From: Octopus sinensis
Taxonomy: Eukaryota
NCBI RefSeq assembly: GCF_006345805.1
Contig: NW_021824209.1
Location: 1-19,626, forward strand
Direction of reading: 5' to 3'
Length of the DNA: 19,626 bases
The notes under the pieces are model-generated. The model was given only the letters and a program-made list of their open reading frames with translations, made no database searches and was not told the DNA's origin. The position numbers and the translations under genes were made by a program. The stretch's first letter is position 1; each line of letters opens with the position of its first letter. This document shows positions 9,211 to 19,626 of the stretch, piece by piece.

Positions 9211-9754
9211 ATTTATGATATTTCCTGGCTCTGGCTCTAATAGCTTTTGATCTTAACTTATTGGAAGTGTTATTATGTACATGTTTTGTCTTGGTATAAT
9301 AATGATGGGCTACAGCAAGTATTCTGCTCAATATCACAGATTTGCTTGTCAGTTGCTTGACCTTAACCACTTGAGCATGTCCCTTAGTGGCTGATGGCAT
9401 GTGCATTTCTGATCACGAGCAGAAATAACGGGGGAACATCATAGCCATGTGTCGGGAGGAATTCTTAAGAGTTTGAATAATTTACCTTTCGAAAGTATTG
9501 CGTTGAACATCCTTAAACAATCGTTATTCAGGGACCTTTTGAGCGGAACGGGCTACTGGACCCGAAGAAAATTCTAACTGGGCCCCACCTGCAAGGTCAT
9601 GCACTGTTTATCTTGATATGAGATCACCATTTCGCGCACATATGGTTGTGATGCATGTGCCTAGTGTTCCAGAGTAGTAATCATGATGGTTATATTGGGC
9701 TTCGTACATTTGTACCCCAGTGTCAATTTGATGGCATGGGATGCTCTCTCATTT
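9211..9754 (+). mobile_element. Non-coding retroelement 3' end (probable 3' UTR or non-autonomous element) tailed by (AAT)n
   Basis: It lies between (AAT)n arrays (9193-9210 and 9755-9851) and ends CTCTCTCATTT-AATAAT. A second related copy lies at 9852-9985. Confidence 0.7.
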
Positions 9755-9760
9755 AATAAT

Positions 9761-9851
<91 letters not shown>

Positions 9852-9985
9852 TGCTCAATACCACAGATTTGCTTGTGATGCATGTACCTAGTGTACTCTT
9901 ATCAGACGGGTTGTCATGATGGATATACTGGGCTTCGTATATTTTACCCTAGTGTCACTTTGATGGCATACATTGCTCTCTCACT
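9852..9985 (+). mobile_element. Internally deleted shorter copy of 9325-9754, tailed by (AAT)n
   Basis: 9852-9876 matches 9325-9349 and 9877-9985 matches 9650-9754. It ends CTCTCTCACT-AACTAATAAT. Confidence 0.8.
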
Positions 9986-10186
9986 AACTAATAATAATAA
10001 TAATATATGCATGAGTTCGTGTATATGTTTATATAAAATAGTAAATTTGAAAGAGTATAGATGAGCGTATACGCAATAAAAAAGAATATGAAACCAATTG
10101 CAGAAAAGGACGTAAAAGGAAGCATTAGCAATAGTTGAAGAAAAAAAACACAGGAATAAGATAAAAATAAATCAGAAGCTATTTTC

Positions 10187-10220
10187 TGTAATAATAATAA
10201 TAATAACATAATAATAATAA

Positions 10221-10251
<31 letters not shown>

Positions 10252-10405
10252 AAGAAGAAGAAGAAGAAGAAGAAGAAGGAGAAGAAGAAGGAGAAGAAGA
10301 AGAAGAAGAAGTAGAAGAAGGAGGAGGAGGAGGCGAACGAGGAGGAGGAAGAGAAGAAGAAGAAGAAGAGGAGAAGAAGAAGAAGACGAAGAAGACGAAG
10401 AAGAC

Positions 10406-10437
<32 letters not shown>

Positions 10438-10568
10438 AGAAGAAGAAGAAGAAGCAAGAAATAGAAGAAGAAGAATAAGAAGAAGAAGAAGAAGAAGAGA
10501 AAGAAGAAGAAGAAGAAGAAGAAGAAGAAGAAGAAGAAGAAGAAGAAGAAGAAGAAGAAGAAGAAGAA
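10187..10568. repeat. (AAT)n followed by an imperfect (GAA)n/(GAG)n polypurine tract of about 345 bp
   Basis: Directly visible, with only a few C or T interruptions. Confidence 0.95.
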
Positions 10569-10939
10569 TGCAGAAAGCATTAATATTTTTACAGATCAGC
10601 TCCCAGGATAGTAACAAATTCTATAACAATGAATCTTACGATTTTCCTCGTATGGAGTTTGTGCTTTTACTTGCGCTATACATTTTTTAAAAAGATTCTA
10701 TTGTTATTTTTCATTTAAGATATAACAAGCATATGAAGAACAAAAGCAGCAACTACTTCTGCTACGCCATCAACATCTTTAATAATTACATGAACAAAGT
10801 GAAAATAAAAAAAAAATATATATAAAAATCTATTTCGCGCTTCTGTCGTGAATTTTAATTCAATTTTAGATTTCCCTGAAGAATTCATTGATGTTTAAAG
10901 CTGTAAAATGTCAAATATGTCGGACAACCTTACCGACAC

Positions 10940-10951
10940 CCACATACTGAT

Positions 10952-10987
<36 letters not shown>

Positions 10988-11032
10988 GTATATACACATT
11001 TCGTACATACATACACACACTTACATACATAG

Positions 11033-11077
<45 letters not shown>

Positions 11078-11392
11078 TATCTATATATATATGTATATAT
11101 ATATGTATATATATATTTATATATATGTGTGTATGTGTGTGTGTGTACACATATATGTATACATATGTATGTGTGGTCTGTATGTATATACATAGGTAAG
11201 TGCATAGATAGGTAAATAGATATACGCTCATATATAAATATAAATATATACATATGTATATAGGTATGAACATACATATATACACATATATATGTTAATA
11301 TATATAGATGCACATATTTTACTCACATATGTAAGCATACATACACACATCAGTCTATATATATTCGCACTAATATTTAGATATATACACAC

Positions 11393-11423
<31 letters not shown>

Positions 11424-11653
11424 ATATATATATATGTGTGTGTGTGTGTGTATACATATGTTCATATATCTATATACATAAGAGTTACGGATCGGAGTAG
11501 GTATATGTATGTATATATATATGTGTGTGTATGTATGTATATGTGTAGGGGTATGCAATATAACTAAAGTATTACACTATGTGTGTATGTATGAATATAT
11601 ACAGACATACATTTCTATATATATATATATATGTGTGTGTGTTTTTGTTGTGT

Positions 11654-11690
<37 letters not shown>
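10940..11690. repeat. Long compound (CA)n/(TA)n/(TG)n microsatellite field
   Basis: Directly visible; it is the source of many spurious Y/I/T/H ORFs. Confidence 0.92.
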
Positions 11691-11693
<3 letters not shown>

Positions 11694-11974
11694 TCCCTTT
11701 TTCCTTTTTCTCTAACTTGCTACTATTGTTAGCGCTCTTCTTGGTACAATTCAATTCTAGTTGATTATATATTTTTTTTTGTCTTTTCTTCCTCATCATT
11801 TCATTTTACCTTTGTCTATTTTATTCCTTAATACTTTAGCTTAGCCATGTTTGTAAGTGTGTGATTGGATGGATGGGTAACCTTATTTATTTGTCTTATT
11901 CTTATTCTATTTCTATTTTTCTAATGTGTTGTTCATTTTGGTTTGGTATATGTTCTTCTTTAGATTGCTCCCGC

Positions 11975-12367
11975 TACTACTGCTGCTGATACTGCTGCTA
12001 TTGTTGTTGTTGCTGTTGTTGATTTGTTGTTGCTGTTGTTATTTTTGTTGTGCACCTGTGTGTGATTTCTGATATTATCTCCTGACACAATATATGCCTT
12101 CAGATCTGACTGAATTGCATGCCGATATCTTTTATATAGATTCAAATAACTAACGTAATAATATAATAATAATAATAATAATAATATAATAATAATAATA
12201 ATAATAATAATATATAAATATATATAAATAATAATAATAATAATAACAATAATAACAACAACAACAATAATAATAATAATACAAAGAGGAAGAAAAAGAA
12301 AGAGAAGTAGCAGAAGAATAATTGAAGAAGTGTCTTTTTTTCTTAATTACATGTAGATGTGCATACT

Positions 12368-12413
<46 letters not shown>

Positions 12414-12545
12414 TATTTATATATATATGTGTATATATATATGTATATATACATATATATATACGAATACATGCGTGTGTATACACATAGACGTACATAC
12501 AGACATATATGTAATTGAGTAGATATATGTATGCGTATATCATTC
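11975..12545. repeat. (GCT)/(GTT)n at 11975-12050, (AAT)/(AAC)n at 12156-12280 and (AT)n at 12370-12545
   Basis: Directly visible. Confidence 0.9.
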
Positions 12546-13245
12546 AACTACGATAGTAGTTGATTAATATTCTTAAGGCAGCAGTTTACACACACACAGC
12601 ATCTTCAGAGCTTTGTCGCTAATTCATTCCTAACCAAATTGAAAAATGTTAGCATTTTTATAGAGGAATGGTCCCTAGCAACGTTTTGGCATTAAAGAAA
12701 TTGAGATTTTGTCCAGTAGAAAAAAGTTTACATCAAAATTTATAGCAATGTAATAGGAGAGTAAATAACACCTCCATTCAAATTTAGACCTAAATTACTT
12801 TTTTTTTGAAGCAAAATATATTTATCTTAGCTTCCAATGATAGAAAAAAATCATGAAGAATTTCATAGTTTTGATCCCATGCAACAGAAATGTGTATCAA
12901 AAGAGTCGCGAGGTAAAATATCATGAAAAAAAATATAAGGCAAAAATTGGATTTAAGTATAATTAACTGTTTTATTTTAAAATCAAACTATATTTTAATT
13001 AAGCTTAAATGATAGAGCTCAAGTTGAGCAATTTCAAAGTATCAATCTCATGTATTAAGTTTTGAAAGGAAAAAGCTATGAGTGTTTTTTTAGGGTGATA
13101 GTAAAGTTCTATACTTTTTTATGAATATAGTTCTATAAGGGACTTTTAATATATATCACCGGCATCATTGAGATAAAGAAAATGTTATCAACGACACCGC
13201 AAATTTACAATTAGTTTAGATACGTCATCTGTATTACTGATGCAA

Positions 13246-13640
13246 TCTATATACATAAATGGCAATTTCTGTCTGTTAGTGCCTGTGCGTGAATTTATTA
13301 CTTTAACTCCTCCGAGATTATCCGACCGATCCTGATGAAACTTGACACGTGTGTATGTGTGTGTGTGTGGGGGGGGGGCTTATGCCCATACGGTCACTTA
13401 TGCAGTTGGAATTTCAAAAAGTCGATAATTTCTAATCAGCATCGATTTTTCAAAAGTCAATAGGACATTTCAATCCAGTTTCTCAAATGAATGTTACTTT
13501 CTGCCATAAGTTTTAAAAGTTTACAACCGATTTTCTTGAAATTTTATATACAGATGGAATATGCGCTAAGGATGAGTTGAGACAAATAAGGCTTTTTAAG
13601 CACATGCACAAAAATGATGACGACACGGGTTCACAACCAG
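13246..13640 (+). mobile_element. Helitron-like non-autonomous element, copy A
   Basis: It starts A|TCTATATACATAAATGGCAATTTCTGTCTG, consistent with a Helitron 5' TC end after A. It carries the CCGATCCTGATGAAACTTG motif common in animal non-autonomous Helitrons and an internal (GT)n tract. A degenerate 3' end, CACGGGTTCACAACCAG, may correspond to CTAG. Confidence 0.5.
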
Positions 13641-14172
13641 ACTCTGGTCATTTTTTTCCTTCAATTGGTCCTACCCAATAATATAGATTTCAATTTGACG
13701 AAAAATGCCGAAATTCGACGAAAAATTGTTTCATGTGTATGAACAGACATCTTATTAACGGTAATCTCATGAGCATTTGCTAATTCTGCATTTCAATGCG
13801 AATCGTTTTCATTTGCTAAAACTTATTTCAATTCGTTGATTTAATTCCCCAGCGTTTCTGGGTTTTGAATAGATAAGTGCATTTTATTTCTCAAGCATTT
13901 TCTATTCAGTATTTCATGCATAACCATAGCTATACTGGCAATCAAACTACATTTATACAAACTACTACTTATATACAAGGTTTAACTTATCAGACTTCCC
14001 CCTCTAAACTTATGAATACATTTGGAGTTCAGATTTGCGTTAAGTTACTACATGAACCTTAACTCTTATGGAAGGCTCAGGATCTTAATATCAGTCTTTT
14101 AAGACGGGATATTCTCATGTAGGCCTCAACTTACTTAAGAAAGTCAGGACTTCTTATCCACCATTGGGTGCA

Positions 14173-14450
14173 TGTGTGTGTTTGTGAATTTCTTCCTTTA
14201 ACTTCTCTGAGACTATCCAACCGATCTTGATGAAACTTGACACGGTCGCTTACGCACTTGAAATTTCAGAAAAATCGATAATTTTTAATCAGCACCGATT
14301 TTTCAAAAATCAACAGGACATTTCAATGCAAATTCTCATATGAATGTTATTTAAAGTTTTCAACCGATTATCTAAAAATGTTATTTCCACAGATGGAATA
14401 TGTGCTAAGGATGGGTTCAGACAAATAATTTTTTATCTAAGCCACTCATG
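14173..14450 (+). mobile_element. Second, diverged copy (B) of the same element
   Basis: It is collinear with 13284-13600, sharing TTTAACT.CTC.GAGA.TATCC.ACCGATC.TGATGAAACTTGACACG, TCGATAATTT.TAATCAGCA.CGATTTTTCAAAA and GATGGAATATG.GCTAAGGATG.GTT.AGACAAATAA. Confidence 0.8.
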
Positions 14451-14479
14451 CAAAGCGTAAGATGACTTTTATATGGATA

Positions 14480-14530
14480 TGTGTCTGTACGTATGTGTAT
14501 GAGTGTGTGTGTGTAGACAGACAGACAGAC

Positions 14531-14612
<82 letters not shown>

Positions 14613-14721
14613 GTAGATAGATAGATGGTGTTGGTGAGAGCATATCTACATATTTGAACTTATGAAGTGTAAAATTTACTATAGTACTAAATTTAATCTC
14701 TTGCTCGCATTTTTCCATGTA

Positions 14722-14769
<48 letters not shown>

Positions 14770-14815
14770 ATTTATATATGTATATATGCACACACACACA
14801 CACGCACACATACAT
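14480..14815. repeat. (GT)n, (GACA)n(GATA)n at 14515-14626 and (AT)n(GT)n(CA)n at 14721-14815
   Basis: Directly visible. Confidence 0.93.
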
Positions 14816-15289
14816 TATATTTGGATACAATATATGTGTACAAATACATACATATAAATTAATGCAGATTTCACAGCTTTCTGAAATCAATGTTGCCCAA
14901 TGAAATAATTTCATCAACTGATATACGCAACAAGATATATTTTCATTTGTATTATAGTAATAATTTCTAAAAATAGCCAAGCAACTACTACTTCCATCTA
15001 CAGTAATGTATATTATGGACAAAATTTAATTAGTCAATCACAGTTGAAACCAATGGTCACAACTGTCAACATATATTATTTTATATCTTAAATTAATATT
15101 ATACGATTATTAATAAAACGTGAAAAACAGAGTTGGAATTCCTATGAGTAATATATTCTTCTATACACAAACATACAAACCCCTTTGTGTGTGCGTATAT
15201 ATATATATATACATTCTATTTCTATTATGTTCTTCTTTCTTTCTGTTTTCTCTCCCACCCTTGCTCTAATTCTTCTCCTCTTCCCTTCA

Positions 15290-15770
15290 CTGGTCCCGCT
15301 CTCTCTCTCACTCTTTCTCTTTGACTCTCCCGTTGCGCACACGTGACCAACGGGCTATCTATCTTTCTTTCTTCCTAGTCCTTCCTAAAGACAAGACGTG
15401 CTTTTATCTGTCTCTTCACAAAGCTCGTTTTTCCAGCGTTCACCTCTTCACCTCGTTATGACTTAACAGCCCTCACCGTTTGTTTTTACTGTTTTGTTCT
15501 TACTGTCCTGCTTTTGTTACCACTTTCACCCTCCTCAAAAAATCTCTTTTGCTTTGCGGGAAGGATTGTTTTAACGAAGTCGCGTCTTGTTCCCCCCTTC
15601 GAAAACGCGGAGTAGATAACACAGGGGACAACTGATGAAGGAAATGTTCTTTATGTTACCTGCTTCCTTTCTCTATTTGTTTCTTTCATTGTACGAAAAA
15701 AGCTCGTTTTCTATGCTTTTGTTTTTTATGTTCTCGTTTCTCATTTTGTTCACGTTTTTTTACTCCTGTA
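15290..15770 (+). mobile_element. CT-rich interspersed repeat with a hammerhead-like motif; possibly Penelope-related
   Basis: It contains CACGTGACC (15340-15348), as at 2798, then GTC-TTGTTCCCC...GGGGACAA-CTGATGA-AGG (15584-15641). The boundaries are approximate. Confidence 0.45.
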
Positions 15771-15774
15771 CCCA

Positions 15775-15827
15775 TATATGCATGTATATACATATATATG
15801 TAGTCATGTACATGTATGGTGTACATA

Positions 15828-15887
<60 letters not shown>

Positions 15888-15933
15888 TTATATTATATTA
15901 TATTATATTATATTATATTATATTATATTATAT
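15775..15933. repeat. (AT)n followed by a (TATTA)n pentanucleotide array
   Basis: Directly visible. Confidence 0.92.
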
Positions 15934-16094
15934 TGTCACAATTTTTTCAGAAATGGGACTATGAAAGTAATGAATTTTGAATTTAAGAATACTACTGTTC
16001 AAAGTAATGGAAGATTAAATTTTTAAAAGTGAATAAAACTTTAAATTACGATGTTATTTCGACTGATGTGTTTCAATATTGTATATATCTGTGC

Positions 16095-16255
16095 ATTCCG
16101 GCTGTCTTTACTTATAAGTTCTAATTCCGCCGAAGAAAACTTTGCCTTTCTGTCTATCGAGGTCTATAAAATAAGTACCAATTAAACATTGGGGTCAGGG
16201 TAATCGACTAACCCCTCCCTCAAAATTTCTGGCCTTGTGCCAAAGTCTGAAATCA
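16095..16255 (+). mobile_element. Diverged 5'-truncated SINE (B box, central domain, alternative tail)
   Basis: AGTTCTAATTCCGCCGA..AACTTTGCCTTTC....TCGAGGTCTATAAAATAAGTACC....TGGGGTC....TAATCGACTAACCCCTCCCTCAAAATTTCTGGCCTTGTGCC has the same head and core as 4461-4580 and the same tail as 6251-6300. Confidence 0.82.
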
Positions 16256-16259
16256 TGAT

Positions 16260-16345
16260 TATATATATTTGTACGTGTGTCTGAGTATAGGTACATATAT
16301 ATATATATTTGTAATAGATATATCACACACATATACACATATACA

Positions 16346-16383
<38 letters not shown>

Positions 16384-16545
16384 TATATATATATATATAC
16401 ATTTAGTATATAATATATATACTGTAAACATAAATGTATGTAAATATAAATATGTAATATACTTATATTCTGTGTGTGCGTATATATATATGTATGTATG
16501 TATGTATGTATATACATATATATGTATGCAAATATTCACACACAT

Positions 16546-16576
<31 letters not shown>

Positions 16577-16720
16577 CATATATTTATATAGATATACATG
16601 TAGATATAGATATACATACATTCATATATATATACTTATATATATATATATATATATGTTATATATATATATATATGCATACTTACATGTACAGACACAT
16701 TATTATACATAGATTTACGC
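16260..16720. repeat. Compound (AT)/(CA)/(TATG) microsatellite field
   Basis: Directly visible. Confidence 0.9.
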
Positions 16721-18459
16721 GCATGCGTATGTTATTTTATTTCGCAACCCTATAGAAAGGAATGCCAAATTAATACAACATACCCAACACTTAATAAGAA
16801 CAAGCAAACTGCGCTTAAAATATATTTTATAGGCCAAATGTATCCTGGCTATAAAATAAATGAATACTTCATATCCAAATAGAAAATAAGAAACACAACT
16901 CATTATATAGCACAAAATCATACCTTACGCCCAATCATAAACCAGCTCTAATCATATATTTCAAGTGCAGGAAAGTGAAAAATATATGTATAAACATAGT
17001 TATAAAAAGAAAAAAAATTGAGGCTGCAAGATTTCAAGTCGGTGAATAAGCTTTTGATAACTAAAATTATTTACAAATGCAGATGGAAACATGAAAGTTA
17101 TATTTAAATTTTATGATTGTAATTGTTGCCTTGGACATGAAAGAATCGCGCTTTCTCAATAGCTGACCATGCATCGACAACAAGGAGCTACTGCGGAAAA
17201 ATTGTATCAAAAAAAAATTTAAATAATATCGGAAAGAGGGAAAAAAAAAATTAGTTGATAATGCAACTGCCAAGATCCAACTAAGGAGCTTTTACCTCAT
17301 TCCTCCAAATGCTAAAAATAGCGGTCAAATCTGATTTACACTACTATTTTTTTTAAACTGAAAGTAGAGTTGTCACAGGTGAAATATTTTAGATCACACA
17401 TCTACTATATCAGCTTTGACATGAGGCGGATCGCTAGAAATAGAAACTAAATCTACAGCATATCACATCGTATTGTCTTCTTTTAAAACAATAAAAGAAA
17501 AAGACATAATCCGAAATATTTTGCAAGTAAAAATAAAAAGAAGACGAGATGGGCATGGTTAGAACACCTTTTACTGGTAGAGGTGTTCTATCCGATATGA
17601 CAATAACTATAACCTCAAGAACAAACTAAGGCGAGAGCATCTACACAGTCGTTATATATAAAGATATAGCGACCAAAACCCCATGAAATCACGCACTGCT
17701 CTCTTAGAAAAAGAGTTGGCATCACTACCCAGTATGCATTGTGGTTCTCTGCGGTTAATGAATTTGTTTTGTGTAATACCAGATTCGCTACTCGTTTCTC
17801 TGGTAATGCTTAAGTGATACAGACACCTCTGATGAAAAGACTATAAGGTTCAAACATCGGTAAAGGTTGCTCAGTATTATTAATTTTTTTTTTTTCAATC
17901 TACAGAGAGAGTTAAATTTGCTCTGCTAATATATCTGCATCATAGGCTACTTGTATAGTTATGCTGTTTTTTTGCGTGAATGCGGGTTGTTTCATACATG
18001 TATGCACGATTACATGTATGTTTGCTTATTTATGCGTTTTTGTGTTCATACGTGCATAGCAGAGTATCCGTGCAGAATTAGATCGACGGACAGACTATTG
18101 TATAATATTTTTGCAATACTTCTCTACCCGCCACCAGAATAAACTACAAATATAGAAAAGATACAGCATTGTTACGTTTACAGTTCAAGAGACCAAACAC
18201 CATATATTCAAATTGTATATCGAAGGTGATGTGTTCTAAAGCTGTTAGGTACACAGATTAAATGTCGCTTATTTTTTTCTTACTAAATTCTACACACTTT
18301 ACACACTTTCTGTCCTCTTATATATCTTCATCAGTTTTGAATTGACAGGCACTACAGCAGAAAACACAGATATATCGTTTGTTATTTCAGTATCTTTTTT
18401 TTTTCAAACACAGAACATTCATTCTTCTTTATACACAAATATTTAGATGCATCGATACA

Positions 18460-18515
18460 TACATTCAAACACAAGCACACATATATGTATATGCATCTAT
18501 ATATCTGTATATGTA

Positions 18516-18554
<39 letters not shown>

Positions 18555-18893
18555 CACAGAGACACAGACACAGACACATATATATATATATACACACACA
18601 AATACGTGAACACACATTTATAGTTCTCTTAAGTAACATTGCATTAACCTCGTTAATCCGCTACTTCTAGAAACACGGAATACTGTTATGTTCGGAGGTG
18701 TCCTGTATATGTAAATATATATATGTTTACTGTGTTGTATATTTATTTACTTATTTAACCTTTTTTTTTTTTCAATTTCTCACCAACGAAAAAAAAAAGA
18801 AGCAGTTCGTAACCCAGAGATGTGGCTTATTCATTGAAATTTTTGACATTTAGTCACACATATACACAATTTTACTTTAACACAGAAATGCAT

Positions 18894-18937
<44 letters not shown>

Positions 18938-19301
18938 ATGCGCACATACACGCACCCATGCACACACCCACATACACACGCACACATACACATGACATCA
19001 TGACATTGAAGACGACAGGAAAATGTACAGTCGCTTGAAGAAACATATATATAAGTATATATATATATGTATATATATCCATACATACACACATACATAC
19101 ATATATATAAGTATATATATATATGTATATATATCCATGTATACATACACACATACATACATATATATAAGTATATATTTATGTATATATATCCATACAT
19201 ACATACACACACACATACATATGTATATATATCCATACATACATACACACATACATACATATGTATATATATCCACATACACACATACATACCTACGTAT
19301 G

Positions 19302-19350
<49 letters not shown>

Positions 19351-19385
19351 GTATGTATATATGTGGTGTATGTGTGTATGTATGC
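18460..19385. repeat. Microsatellite fields at 18460-18600 and 18880-19385, including a higher-order tandem repeat at 19044-19291
   Basis: Directly visible; the anchor TGTATATATATCCA recurs five times. Confidence 0.88.
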
Positions 19386-19626
19386 AGTCATGTTTCACGA
19401 ATCTCGCATGACACATCTCAAGTCGATGAGGAAAATTTCTTTTCCTCCATTGACCTTCTATGTTGTCAAATCTCCTTCAAATGACACCTTGAGAACCTTA
19501 GAAAATAAGAAAGGTGCGTGTTGATGCTTTGAATTATGCAGTGATCCCGGGGACCTTGCACATAACGATGGGCAAGTTGGGATCCTAATGATAGGAGCTG
19601 AGCCGGGGCTAGAGACAACAACATAA

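Noticed and set aside
9988-10617. Longest non-TE ORFs (209 aa poly-Leu/Ser and 133 aa poly-Phe)
   Set aside because: They are translations of the (TTC)n/(ATT)n tract and have no coding signature.
12655-12745. GMVPSN peptide after an AG, reminiscent of the SH3 C-terminal motif
   Set aside because: The match is only six residues, it lacks the following Y/F and the upstream W, and the frame closes with a stop.
13332-13341. CTGATGAAAC as a hammerhead core
   Set aside because: There is no helix II between CTGATGA and AAC, copy B has TTGATGAAAC, and the sequence is explained by the Helitron-like motif.
17530-17590. IKRR-RWAWLEHLL, resembling the RWxWxGHVLR motif of LINE ORF2 C-termini
   Set aside because: It needs a frameshift and has no supporting flanking homology, so it is too short to call.
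18877-19524. Several overlapping ORFs of 87-179 aa on both strands
   Set aside because: They are Y/I/H/T/C/V repeats from dinucleotide microsatellites that lack stop codons. The same applies to the ORFs at 3328-4044, 4977-5428, 10908-11799, 14446-15022 and 16195-16755.
1-19626. CRISPR array, rRNA, prokaryotic operon or defence system
   Set aside because: There are no regularly spaced repeat-spacer units, no rRNA-like sequence and no gene-dense region. The architecture is repeat-rich metazoan intergenic or intronic DNA.

Overview
This is AT-rich, non-coding-looking eukaryotic DNA, most likely cephalopod (Octopus-like). That assignment is inferred from the SINE families and the very dense microsatellites, not confirmed by a search. 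I found no intact host gene; nearly all ORFs in the supplied track are microsatellite translations or antisense shadows. Recognisable content: (1) a decayed Tc1/mariner (maT/rosa-like) transposase remnant on the minus strand at about 497-1150; (2) at least six tRNA-derived SINE pieces from two head families, including a dimer bounded by a perfect 12-bp target-site duplication (4218-4656); (3) a 2.7-kb R4/Dong-clade non-LTR retrotransposon pseudogene (6484-9192) set between (AAT)n arrays, followed by two more (AAT)n-tailed ends; (4) two copies of a Helitron-like non-autonomous element (13246-13640 and 14173-14450); (5) an inverted repeat of about 50 bp per arm (2535-2646); (6) three hammerhead-ribozyme-like motifs in CT-rich, possibly Penelope-related repeats. 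One of these (15576-15642) has its helices in an unusual permuted order and is the most speculative and most interesting candidate.
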